64,000 nucleotides of DNA from assembly GCA_963740085.1 (NCBI GenBank), contig CAVUCU010000005.1, positions 416,001-480,000 of the forward strand. Reading direction: 5' to 3'. Under the pieces are notes generated by a model that ran no database searches, was not told where the DNA came from, and saw only the letters and a list, made by a program, of their open reading frames with translations. The position numbers were made by a program, and so were the translations under genes. This DNA is from Nitrospirota bacterium (GTDB lineage Bacteria > Nitrospirota > UBA9217). This document shows positions 38,422 through 47,553 of this stretch, piece after piece (within the stretch, counting starts at the first letter, position 1; each line of letters starts with the position of its first letter).

Positions 38422-40350
38422 TTAGGGTCGTTCCGCGGACGTGCCCGGGGCGCCGTACAATAAATAGCTTTTCGCACCTGTGCACCATGACGGGGGTGAA
38501 CTGTTGCAAAGGTTGGCGAGAGTACTGCCGACCGAATAGTTCATCTGCCCATCATCAAGCCAGTCAAGGGAATCATAGATGACCCTCTTCGCGTACCTGC
38601 TGTTATGGACATAGGCACCCGGCTCATGATGGAGGAGACTGAAGTTGAAGGTCGCGCCCATGGTGTGCTTGCCGCCCGAATTGCCCGATATGTCCATATC
38701 ATTGAATATCAGCCAGTTATTGCTGGTGAAATAAGGGTATGCGGCCGTAAAGGAATAACTGGGACTGCTCACGAGCAATTGGTTCTCGAGCGCCGCCATA
38801 GCAAAATCAAAATTATCCTTCTCATCCTGAACAACAAGACCGAAATCGATGCTTGAGCCCGCATGGCATTTAAAGCAGACCTCGCTGGTTACTACGATGG
38901 TGCCCGTTAGATTGCTGATCGGCTGGAAAAGGTGATTGCCGGGCATGCCGGACCGGTCCATGTGGCATCCGATGCAGGGGCCCGTCGTGCCTGTCCCCGG
39001 TTGAACAGGCGTGCCGATTTGGCTGTGCATATAGGTAGCTGGGTCCGCGTAGTTCCTGCCGGCATATTCATAAGCCGTCCCCTGGAACATGGTTCCAGCC
39101 GCGGTCAAGTAATGGCCGTCAACATTGCTGTACTCGTAACTGCTGAAATTCACGGTCGCGGTCTGCCCGGTGTTCAATTGACCGATCGCTTTGCCACTGA
39201 CGCGGCCGGTATGGCAGGTCATGCAGACATTAGAAGCCCCGACGTCGGGATATTGAAAAGTTGCGACTGTATTTGGAGCGTTCCCGATTGTGTATGTCGC
39301 TTTGTATGCCCCGGGGTTCCTCAGCGTGCCGTGATTGTCACTATGGCATCCTTTGCATTCCAACATCTCGGGTTTAAAATTCAGATTGGGCGAGAGCGGC
39401 GGTGCGCTGCCGGTACTGATTGCCTCGGCCAGCGTCGCGTTCCCGGACTGCAGGGCATCGGCATAAGCCGCAAAGCCAGTAGTGGTGTGGCACCGCTGGC
39501 ATGCGGTTCTTGAGCCTGAGGCACCATAGCAAGTCGTATCACATGACCAGTTATAATGAGCCCAGGCATTTTCGGCGGCAAGATCTGCATGTTTCGAATT
39601 TGCCCATTCTTTATTGATATCAGCCTTCTTGTGCGGATTATGGCAGTCCGTACAAACCGTTGCGTCCTCGAAATTCATGGCGTAGCCGGTTATCTTTCGC
39701 GCATTGGCAGAAAAGTCGCTCCCCCAAATGCCTGGCGTGGCAAAGTGGGTATCCGTTATCGTGTACTCGTTGCCCGTCGGCGTTACGCTACTCGCCGGAT
39801 CATGGAGTGTCGCGACAGTTCCCGTTCCCGACGAATCAAGCAACTGATGACAATTCGTGCACAGGATAAACTGGCCGGAAACTGTCGTCGAACCGATTGA
39901 AGCCGACGTGTACGTACCGGAAAGCAGCGATATCGCTCCTGCCCCGCCGCCATTTGCGTGCAGGCTGCCGCCCCCGTGACAGGCTTCACACCCGATCACG
40001 GGACGGGGAACATTGCCGGTATAACCCGCGGTGAGGTTCATGCTATCCCCGTTCGGGTCATGACAGCCCGCGCATTCGGACGTAACCTGTGCGCTCGTCG
40101 GATACCCGGGACTGTACAGCGTCCCGCCGGGGCCGAGATTCGCGTGTTTGCTCGTAAGCCAATCGGCCGTCACCGCGGTATGACAGCCCGCACAGACATT
40201 GATGCCTGCCATGGTTGCCGAACTAAGCGGGACGGTTTCTGCCGGGGCTGTCGATTTTTTTTTCGAGTTGCCGCATCCGGCGAGCAGGGCAACCGCGAGG
40301 AACAGAACCGGCAGTGCCAATATGTTGTGGTGTCTTTTGTGATCCATCAT
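38422..40350 (-). CDS. Decaheme lipoprotein cytochrome c, OmcB/OmcC-like
   Basis: LLAGC lipobox; 10 CxxCH; C-terminal EPGAYVHNSRYAKRVIYDSLDWLDDG recalls the Geobacter OmcB family. Confidence 0.85.
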   Translation of the reverse strand: MMDHKRHHNILALPVLFLAVALLAGCGNSKKKSTAPAETVPLSSATMAGINVCAGCHTAVTADWLTSKHANLGPGGTLYSPGYPTSAQVTSECAGCHDPNGDSMNLTAGYTGNVPRPVIGCEACHGGGSLHANGGGAGAISLLSGTYTSASIGSTTVSGQFILCTNCHQLLDSSGTGTVATLHDPASSVTPTGNEYTITDTHFATPGIWGSDFSANARKITGYAMNFEDATVCTDCHNPHKKADINKEWANSKHADLAAENAWAHYNWSCDTTCYGASGSRTACQRCHTTTGFAAYADALQSGNATLAEAISTGSAPPLSPNLNFKPEMLECKGCHSDNHGTLRNPGAYKATYTIGNAPNTVATFQYPDVGASNVCMTCHTGRVSGKAIGQLNTGQTATVNFSSYEYSNVDGHYLTAAGTMFQGTAYEYAGRNYADPATYMHSQIGTPVQPGTGTTGPCIGCHMDRSGMPGNHLFQPISNLTGTIVVTSEVCFKCHAGSSIDFGLVVQDEKDNFDFAMAALENQLLVSSPSYSFTAAYPYFTSNNWLIFNDMDISGNSGGKHTMGATFNFSLLHHEPGAYVHNSRYAKRVIYDSLDWLDDGQMNYSVGSTLANLCNSSPPSWCTGAKSYLLYGAPGTSAERP

Positions 40351-40437
40351 CGTTTACACCTCCACTATTTAAATGCGGATATTGAATGTTCGGGAAAATA
40401 CAGCCCGGTCCACAACCCGCATTCCGAAATCCGAAAA

Positions 40438-41115
40438 TCACACGCCCAGGACCTTTTCCAGGTCCAGCAGGATATACAACCTGTCAGCTGTCCTCACGAT
40501 GCCGCGCAGGAACTCCGCCCCCTGCTCGATGTTTTCCGGCACCGGCTTGATCTCTTCGGAAAGAACCCTGAACACCCCCGTAACCCGGTCCACCAGGAGT
40601 CCCGCCTCTTCGTCAGCGGAACTGGCCACAACGATCCTCGCTTTTTCGTCCTTCGTGGCCTGCGCAAGACCGAGCCGCTTGCAAAGGTCGATGACGGGCA
40701 GCACTGTTCCCCTGAGCGTCATGACACCGAGGATATAGTCAGGCGAATTAGGCACGATCGTCAAACGATAGTTCTTCAGGACCTCCCGCACATCCGCTAC
40801 CAGAACGGCATATTCTTCGCCGCCAAGGCGGAACGAGAGCAGTTCGATCTCCTGCTGCGGCGTTTCTTCCCGATCGCGAGTGGAGGATGCGGGAACCTCC
40901 TCGGTCGCGTCGGGAGGCGCCTCACTCGCCGGGGCAGCGACTGCTGCAACCGGAGACCCGACGACTTCCACCGGCGCGCTGCCCGACTCGGGGGGAATTG
41001 GCGGCAATGTCTGTTCCGGCGCCGGCGGTGCTGCTGGCGTTTCTACTTCCTGTGCCGGCTTGACCGCTGCACCCGCCTGTTCGGCGGCCTTCTTTCGCGC
41101 TGCAAGAATATCCAT
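40438..41115 (-). CDS. cheW: CheW with Pro/Ala-rich N-terminal extension
   Basis: ELLSFRLGGEEYA, GVMTLRGTVLPVIDL and GLLVDRV motifs; start ATG 41115. Confidence 0.92.
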   Translation of the reverse strand: MDILAARKKAAEQAGAAVKPAQEVETPAAPPAPEQTLPPIPPESGSAPVEVVGSPVAAVAAPASEAPPDATEEVPASSTRDREETPQQEIELLSFRLGGEEYAVLVADVREVLKNYRLTIVPNSPDYILGVMTLRGTVLPVIDLCKRLGLAQATKDEKARIVVASSADEEAGLLVDRVTGVFRVLSEEIKPVPENIEQGAEFLRGIVRTADRLYILLDLEKVLGV

Positions 41116-41235
41116 GTCGCGTTCGCTCCTACTTAGTATCCACGACAGACGACGAAGGACCGTTCGTCCTGCTCGCCGAGACAATGGACGCCTTTTCGTC
41201 TGCCGTCCGTCGTCCCTCGCCTGTCGTACCTTCCA

Positions 41236-42033
41236 TTAAACCCCATCGTGAACCACGCTCTCTATGATCTCCGGACCGATGATCTCGGCCGACCGCCCGA
41301 ATCCTTCTACCAGTGCGTTGCCCGCGATGGTATTGATTCGGCGGGGAATGCCTTCTGAGTGTTCGAACAGGAGCGCCAGCGCCTCATCATCGAACAGCGG
41401 CTCCGACCTGCCGGCAACCTCGAGCCGGTGCCGGACATAGGCCTGAACCTCTTCGGCGTTCAACGGACCCAGATGATACTGCATCCCGATGCGCTGGCGG
41501 AGCGCCCGGTACGGCTTCCTGCTGAGACGCTCCCGGAGTTCGGTCTGGCCGATCAGCACAAGGGCCAGGAGATTGCGATCGTCGAGCTGAAAGTTCGTCA
41601 GGAGCCTCAGCTCCTCGAACGTGGTCGTTCCCGGGATGAGCTGCGCCTCGTCTATGATGATCACCGGCTGTCTTCCCGCCTCGTACAGTTCATAGAGCTT
41701 CGCATTAATTCCCTCGAGAATGTCGTGCCGGTACCGGCCCGCTTCATCCATGCCGAGGCGCAATGCCACTGTGCGCAGGAGCTGCGACGGGGACAGCCGG
41801 GGGTTGATAATGAGTAGCGGGTGATAGCTCTCATCCAGCGAATCGATGAAGGCGCGGGAGAGCGTGGTCTTGCCCGATCCGATCTCGCCGGTGAGCATGA
41901 CAAAGTCCTGCTCCTCCACGGCGTGCAGAAGCCGAGCGAGTGCCTCCGCGTGCTTTGGACTGTGATAGAGGAACCGCGGGTCCGGCGTTTTATTAAAAGG
42001 TCTCTCCCTCAGTTTATAAAATTCTTTATACAT
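41236..42033 (-). CDS. ExeA/GspA-family AAA ATPase (no C-terminal membrane/peptidoglycan-binding part)
   Basis: MYKEFYKLRERPFNKTPDPRF, GEIGSGKTT, IIDEAQ, LIGQTEL and SEGIPRRIN motifs. Confidence 0.9.
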   Translation of the reverse strand: MYKEFYKLRERPFNKTPDPRFLYHSPKHAEALARLLHAVEEQDFVMLTGEIGSGKTTLSRAFIDSLDESYHPLLIINPRLSPSQLLRTVALRLGMDEAGRYRHDILEGINAKLYELYEAGRQPVIIIDEAQLIPGTTTFEELRLLTNFQLDDRNLLALVLIGQTELRERLSRKPYRALRQRIGMQYHLGPLNAEEVQAYVRHRLEVAGRSEPLFDDEALALLFEHSEGIPRRINTIAGNALVEGFGRSAEIIGPEIIESVVHDGV

Positions 42034-42122
42034 GCATTTTCAGAAGACCGCGGTCAGATGACCGGTTAAGGCCAACATGACCGATCTGGCCTGTCTCCTG
42101 ATTCCCGTCTCCTGTCTTCCGA

Positions 42123-44135
42123 CTATTGCTTACCGACGACTACTCTTTTCAACGCCCCGTCAACGAGGGATTCCACATCAATAACGAGCACGACACCCCG
42201 TCGGTCCCCCAGTTCGGTGGCCCCGGCTATGCCCAGCGTCTCCGAGAACCTCTTCCCGAGCGGCTTGATAACGATCTCCTGCTGGTCCTTGAGACGATCA
42301 ACGATGATGCCGAGCCTCCGTTCGGCGATGCCTACGAGAATGACATAGAAAGCATCGCTCCCGTGCTTCGCGTCGAGGTTGAATGCCCGGCTAAGACGCA
42401 AAAGAGGAATCGTGTCCTCTCGCACAGCCATAACCTCTCTTCCCTCGATGGTCTCCACCTGGTCTTCGGTTGCCTGCAGGATCTCGAGCACCGAGCTGAG
42501 CGGGACAGCGAAAACCTCCCCACCCGTTTCGATGACGAGCGCCTTGATGATTGCGAGCGTGATGGGAAGCGTCAGAGCAAAGACACTGCCCACTCCAGGC
42601 TCTGTATGGATATCGATCATGCCGGAGAGCCTGGAAACATTCCGCTTCACGACATCCATTCCCACGCCGCGGCCCGAAATCTCGGTCACCGTCTTGTTGG
42701 TGGTGAAACCGGGAAGAAAGATGAGATCGAGGATCTCCTTGCGGTCGCGCTCGAGGTCAAGACCGTGATCGGAGGGGAGTACGCCTTTTTCAACGGCCGT
42801 GTTCAGTATCTGCGACGGGTCCATCCCTGCTCCATCGTCCTCGATCGTGATGACCACATGATTGCCCCGGGGGAATGCCGTCAGGTTCACTCTTCCCTGT
42901 TCCGGCTTGCCGAGCTGCCTCCGGATGTCAGGGGCTTCAATGCCATGATCGATCGCATTCCTGATAAGGTGCAGGAGCGGGTCCGCAAGGTCTTCGATCA
43001 TGATCTTGTCAAGTTCTGTTTCTTCGCCCTGAAGCTTCAAGTCGATCTCTTTCCCTGCGTCCCGCGCATATTTTCTGACCACCTGCGCCAGCCGCGTAAA
43101 GATCTGGCCGATCGGGACCATCCTGACCTCAAGGATGCCCTCCTGGAGTTCGTTCAGCTTCCGTTCAAGGCTGCGCTGCGCCTTGTGCAGGTCCGCGGAA
43201 ATACCGGCGAAGCCTTGCATGGCGCGAAGTTCCTTCGTGATCCGGCCGATGATGTTCTTGACCAGATGCATCTCTCCCACGACATTCATAAGGCTGTCGA
43301 GCCTGTAGATGTCCACTCTGACGGTGTTACTTACGGACTTGAGCCCCGCCGTGTCTGTCTTACGCTCCTCGGTCCTTCGCTCTTCTATATAGGCAATCTT
43401 CTCGATAGTCACATTCGGCAGAGAGACTACCGATGCGAGCGACCCCGCATCCTCGGTCGTACCGACAACAATGCTGAAACCTATCCCGTTCCCTCCGCCC
43501 GCCGTCGGCAGGGTGCAAATGATTTCGCCGTATTTCTTGAGTGTGGTATTGAGATCTTTGATCGCCGTCTCAAAAGTGGCGAAGTCGAACTGGGCCTTTA
43601 AGATGAACAGGTTCTTCCGCTCCCTGATGCATTCCTTGAGCCGGTGCTCTTCATACTCGGTGAGGACCTGCAGAATACCCTTATCGAGACCGATCTGCTC
43701 GCCAATCGGTCGTCCGGACCCGGCGGACGGCTTTGCGTTCAGTATGCCGTCAATACCGGCAAGGGCGGCCGCAATGTCCTCAAAGGGATGATCGGTCCCG
43801 GCCTGCTGCACCAGCCTGCCGAGCAGAGCTACGGTCTCGAGCACAACGTCAAGGACCTGCCGGCTGAGACCAACCTTGCCGAGCCGAAGCCCGTCGAGGA
43901 GAAATTCCAGCTTATGAGAGAGCTCCGACGGTTCCTTGAGACCGAACATGCCAGCGAGCCCCTTGAAGGAATGGATTGCCCGGAACAGGGCATTCACCTG
44001 ATCAGGATCGATGCGGCCCGAGGCCTGTCCGGTTTCAAGCGACAGCAGCGTCTGGTTCGCCGACTCCAGGATGTCCTCTGCCTCCGCGAGAAAGTCTTTT
44101 ATGGGCCTGTCTGTCTTCATGTCGCTGCGCTCCAT
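42123..44135 (-). CDS. cheA: Chemotaxis histidine kinase
   Basis: HPt LFRAIHSFKG, HLIRNAIDHGIE, DDGAG, SGRGVGMDVV and C-terminal CheW domain. Confidence 0.97.
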   Translation of the reverse strand: MERSDMKTDRPIKDFLAEAEDILESANQTLLSLETGQASGRIDPDQVNALFRAIHSFKGLAGMFGLKEPSELSHKLEFLLDGLRLGKVGLSRQVLDVVLETVALLGRLVQQAGTDHPFEDIAAALAGIDGILNAKPSAGSGRPIGEQIGLDKGILQVLTEYEEHRLKECIRERKNLFILKAQFDFATFETAIKDLNTTLKKYGEIICTLPTAGGGNGIGFSIVVGTTEDAGSLASVVSLPNVTIEKIAYIEERRTEERKTDTAGLKSVSNTVRVDIYRLDSLMNVVGEMHLVKNIIGRITKELRAMQGFAGISADLHKAQRSLERKLNELQEGILEVRMVPIGQIFTRLAQVVRKYARDAGKEIDLKLQGEETELDKIMIEDLADPLLHLIRNAIDHGIEAPDIRRQLGKPEQGRVNLTAFPRGNHVVITIEDDGAGMDPSQILNTAVEKGVLPSDHGLDLERDRKEILDLIFLPGFTTNKTVTEISGRGVGMDVVKRNVSRLSGMIDIHTEPGVGSVFALTLPITLAIIKALVIETGGEVFAVPLSSVLEILQATEDQVETIEGREVMAVREDTIPLLRLSRAFNLDAKHGSDAFYVILVGIAERRLGIIVDRLKDQQEIVIKPLGKRFSETLGIAGATELGDRRGVVLVIDVESLVDGALKRVVVGKQ

Positions 44136-44236
44136 TGAAAATTGGAAATTGGAAAAGGTAAATTGAACATTATAAAACTGCAGCAGTCCAAACGGATTTT
44201 CAATTTATCTCTTCGCAATCTTCAATTCATTCCAAT
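44136..44236. repeat. Heptamer (AAATTGG/CCAATTT-type) inverted repeat element
   Basis: aaattggaaattggaaaaggtaaattg ... caatttatctcttcgcaatcttcaattcattccaatt. Confidence 0.6.
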
Positions 44237-44623
44237 TCAGCGCGCACCACGCGCCGCTGCCTCAAGTACCTTTGTGACCATGGCCATCAGCTCTTCTTTT
44301 CTGAATGGCTTCACTACATAGCCCGAGGCGCCGAGGGTGATCCCGCGCTTTTTGTCCTCTTCGCTCTTTTCAGTGCTCACGATGATAAGCGGAATATCCT
44401 GGTAGGCGGGGTTGGACTTCACGTAGCCGATAAGCTCCAGGCCATTGATGTCCGGCATATTGATGTCGGTGATGATGAGGTCGAACCGCCGCGTGGGAAG
44501 CGTCTTGAGCGCCTCAAAGCCGTTGCCGGCTTCCACTGCGAAAAAACCGCCCGCTTCCTCGAGCGAGACCCGAATCATCGAGCGAATGGCCCTGGAATCC
44601 TCGACAACAAGGACGTTCTTCAT
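44237..44623 (-). CDS. cheY: CheY-like response regulator
   Basis: LVVEDS, TDINMPDING and YVVKPF motifs. Confidence 0.9.
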   Translation of the reverse strand: MKNVLVVEDSRAIRSMIRVSLEEAGGFFAVEAGNGFEALKTLPTRRFDLIITDINMPDINGLELIGYVKSNPAYQDIPLIIVSTEKSEEDKKRGITLGASGYVVKPFRKEELMAMVTKVLEAAARGAR

Positions 44624-45822
44624 CTTTGCCCCTTTTGAAGTTCGGCTATTCTCTTTTCAAGCAGCGCTTTTTCCAGCGCCATGCCCGCCTGGTTCATGAA
44701 AATTTCGAGCGTATCCATCCCCCTGACGGGCCTCCGCTCGGGCAGGTTGTCGCCATAGACGACCAGCGCCACCTTGCCGTCCACGACCAGCGGGATGGCA
44801 ATGACCGCATCGGGCATCGCGCCGCCGAGTTCGTTCACGAGATAGGTGTGGCTCGGGTTCGATTCGAGGGCGCCAAGATAGCTGCGCCGGCTTTCTATCA
44901 CGCTAAGAAACACAGAGGGTTGGTTCAGCGGGATCTTGATATTGCGGACAACCTGATCCGCGGATTTCCCCTTGAGCTCGATGCCGAACTGACCGAGACC
45001 GCGAACTTCTTCCTTTTTTACCATGAACAGGACCGCGCGGTTCACCACTTCGCTTGCGTACCGCAAGATCAGAAGCGTCACCTCGGCCGTAGCGGTCGGG
45101 AACCTGAGTTCGTCGAACATGGACTTGAGCGCGGTGATATCCTTGCGAGGCCCCTCTTTTTCTATTCGAGCCCGGAACTCCTCTTTGGCAGGTTCATAGC
45201 TGGCATGGGATGGAGCGGCTTTCGGTGCAGCAGTGGGCGCGGCAGGTGAAGGTGAAGCAGGCTCGGGGGCAGAGGCGGGGACGGGATGGGCGGCTGCCGG
45301 TCTTTTCTCATCCTTCCGACGCTCGTCGAGGATCCGCGTGCCCTCCATGAGAAGGTATTCGGCGTTGATACCGGATTTGAGAAGGAATTCCTGGGTGTCG
45401 ATCTCGATCGTATCCTTGGGAACGATCTCACCGAGTTCGAAGTTGAAGAACCCCCCTTCCCAGTCGAGCAGGTCGTAAACGATCTCTTCGATCTGTTTGC
45501 GGATGACGCTCTGAAGCGTCTGCGCAGCCACCGCCCCCATGTCCGTGAGGATCATGCCGAGCGGTTTGTCGGGCTCCCGCTTCTGGAACGCCAGGGCCTT
45601 GGACAGCGCTGCTTCGTCCAGCATGCCCTGGGAAACCAGGATATTGCCGAGCGAGTCGCGAATGCTGTCGCTCGCGGCCTGGATCACCTGGCCGTCCTTA
45701 AAGACAACCATTCCCGTACCCCTGCGGCTTCGTACGACGAGGGTTCCGGTTTTCTTGCTCAGACTGATGATCTGGAAGATGTCGGGTAGTGCAAGGTCTT
45801 CCAGCCTGCCGACAAGACTCAT
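44620..45822 (-). CDS. DUF4388 (PatA_N-like) domain + Pro-rich linker + GAF-like protein
   Basis: MSLVGRLEDLALPDIFQIISLSKKTGTL and LLDWEGGFFNF; C-terminal AIPLVVDGKVALVVYGDN...QAGMALE. Confidence 0.82.
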   Translation of the reverse strand: MSLVGRLEDLALPDIFQIISLSKKTGTLVVRSRRGTGMVVFKDGQVIQAASDSIRDSLGNILVSQGMLDEAALSKALAFQKREPDKPLGMILTDMGAVAAQTLQSVIRKQIEEIVYDLLDWEGGFFNFELGEIVPKDTIEIDTQEFLLKSGINAEYLLMEGTRILDERRKDEKRPAAAHPVPASAPEPASPSPAAPTAAPKAAPSHASYEPAKEEFRARIEKEGPRKDITALKSMFDELRFPTATAEVTLLILRYASEVVNRAVLFMVKKEEVRGLGQFGIELKGKSADQVVRNIKIPLNQPSVFLSVIESRRSYLGALESNPSHTYLVNELGGAMPDAVIAIPLVVDGKVALVVYGDNLPERRPVRGMDTLEIFMNQAGMALEKALLEKRIAELQKGQR

Positions 45823-45851
45823 GAATTCTCCCGAAAAAATAAAACTTCGAA

Positions 45852-45879
45852 ATTATATCAGTTTAAGCGAATAATGCAA
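45852..45879 (-). promoter_or_regulatory. sigma70 promoter of the chemosensory operon
   Basis: TTGCAT-N16-TATAAT with extended -10 TGn. Confidence 0.6.
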
Positions 45880-46187
45880 GATTAATTCATCAGTTAGGAC
45901 GAATGCATGCGATGTGAATAGATGCTTTGATGGAAACAAACAACACGCAGTTTGTAACGCGATCGTGACCCGTTTACGAAAAATAGTTACCGCCAAGACC
46001 GGAAGATGTACGCAGAAAAAGCCTGACGGAAGCACGTGGGGATATTAGGATAGATGCTTAAGACTCACGCAAAACTGTCGTCCTTTTTTCTTCATCCCTC
46101 ATCGTTATCATCCGCTGCCATTTATTCGGCACCTGTATGGAAACGCCGCTTGATCGGGCCTTCCACGCATGTGCTTCGCTTCGGGGG

Positions 46188-46685
46188 TTACGTGCTTCGG
46201 TAGTTTTCGAACTGGAGCTCGACGCCAAAGTCTTTTCCCTTCAGGAGCTGGATGACCGTTTGGAGATTGTCCCTGTCCTTGCCTGAAACGCGCACCTGGT
46301 CAGACTGGATTGACGCCTGCACTTTGATCTTGGAGTCCTTGATCGCCTTCACAATCTCCTTGGCCTTGTCCGTGGGAATTCCCTGCTGCAGCGTCAGCCG
46401 CTGGCGCACCGTGCCCGAGAGGGCTGCCTCCACCTTGCCGTAGGACAGGTTTTTAACGGGCACTCCGCGCTTGACGAGTTTGCCTTGCAGGATATCGATC
46501 ACGCTTTTGAGCTTAAACTCGTCATCGGACACGATCACGAGTGCGTCCTTTTCCTGCGTTATGTTGGACTTGCTCCCCTTAAAGTCGAACCGCTGTGCGA
46601 TCTCCTTCAGTGCCTGGGTTACCGCGTTCGTCACCTCGGCCATGTCGATCTTCGAAACCACATCAAATGAGTTTTCTGCGGCCAT
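46188..46685 (-). CDS. yajQ: YajQ family nucleotide/c-di-GMP-binding protein
   Basis: SFDVVS, RFDFKGS, VRVSGK.RD.LQ and LQFENYR motifs. Confidence 0.95.
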   Translation of the reverse strand: MAAENSFDVVSKIDMAEVTNAVTQALKEIAQRFDFKGSKSNITQEKDALVIVSDDEFKLKSVIDILQGKLVKRGVPVKNLSYGKVEAALSGTVRQRLTLQQGIPTDKAKEIVKAIKDSKIKVQASIQSDQVRVSGKDRDNLQTVIQLLKGKDFGVELQFENYRST

Positions 46686-46703
46686 GGCAAACCTCCTGTG
46701 AAT

Positions 46704-46780
46704 AAGGAGTCAGGGGACAGAAGCCAGAAGAAAAACCAGCATGGCGTTCTCCTGACTCCCGACTCCTGGCTTCTGACTAC
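46704..46780. repeat. Heptamer (GAGTCAG/CTGACTC) inverted repeat element
   Basis: ggagtcaggggacagaagccagaa...ctcctgactcccgactcctggcttctgactac; abuts the lolA stop. Confidence 0.65.
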
Positions 46781-47439
46781 TGTTCTATAATCTCCGTCCC
46801 CTTCGGGGCATTAAAAACAAAGCGCTGATCGTCGACACCCGCGCCTTCCCGGATGTCCGAAAAGGTTATCGTGGTCATGTTCCCCGATTTGTCGAATATC
46901 GTAATCTCCATGATCCGGCCGGCGTCATCGACACGGAGGCGCATCTTCTTCATGGCCGCCCCCGGTTTCCTGGGCAAAAGCTCAAGGTCGCGCGGCTTCT
47001 TCGGGTCCGCCTCCAGCACGTCGAAGTCGTCACGGATGCGGGCAGCGCCGAGCAGGAAAGCCACGGGGATGTTCATGTGCTCGAAATCCGTGAAGGTCTT
47101 CTTGATCACCTGCTCGCTCTTCTTTGAATAGAACAGCGCGGCCTTTCCGTCGATGAGAATAAGCTGTCCGTTTGAAAACTCGAGCCGGAGCTTGCCCGGC
47201 TTCTTGATGAACAGCTTCCCCTCGTACTTCTGCGTTTTGCCGATGGACTTGAGATCGTTTTTCTGAATGACCTTCGCCGTGAGGTCGTTAAGATCCCGGT
47301 AATGGTTCTCGACAGAGGCGATCGTGTCCTGCAGGGTCTGGGCGTATGCAGGCTTGACCACAACGGATGCAGTGAACAGCAGAAAAAGAGCAGCCGACAC
47401 GAGACAGGATCTTCTGCAATGCAGGTAAAAATTTATCAT
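46777..47439 (-). CDS. lolA: Outer-membrane lipoprotein carrier protein
   Basis: Signal peptide; G.LFIKKPGKLR, IDGK and FVFNAPKGTEII motifs; downstream of ftsK. Confidence 0.88.
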   Translation of the reverse strand: MINFYLHCRRSCLVSAALFLLFTASVVVKPAYAQTLQDTIASVENHYRDLNDLTAKVIQKNDLKSIGKTQKYEGKLFIKKPGKLRLEFSNGQLILIDGKAALFYSKKSEQVIKKTFTDFEHMNIPVAFLLGAARIRDDFDVLEADPKKPRDLELLPRKPGAAMKKMRLRVDDAGRIMEITIFDKSGNMTTITFSDIREGAGVDDQRFVFNAPKGTEIIEQ

Positions 47440-47516
47440 ATCGTCCTCCCGACTGAAGCATCATACCATAAATGATACGGGCTGAGAAGATGGAAAATGG
47501 TCTTCATCTTCAAATC

Positions 47517-47545
47517 TTGACAACGCTGTTTTCCAGGATTATCAT
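47517..47545 (+). promoter_or_regulatory. sigma70 promoter of recQ
   Basis: TTGACA-N17-TATCAT, ending 8 nt before the ATG. Confidence 0.6.
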
Positions 47546-47553
47546 GGGACTCC

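Noticed and set aside
41236-42033. Type II secretion system or transposon ATPase
   Set aside because: No other gsp genes or transposase are present; a lone ExeA-like gene is a regular part of this chemosensory cluster type.
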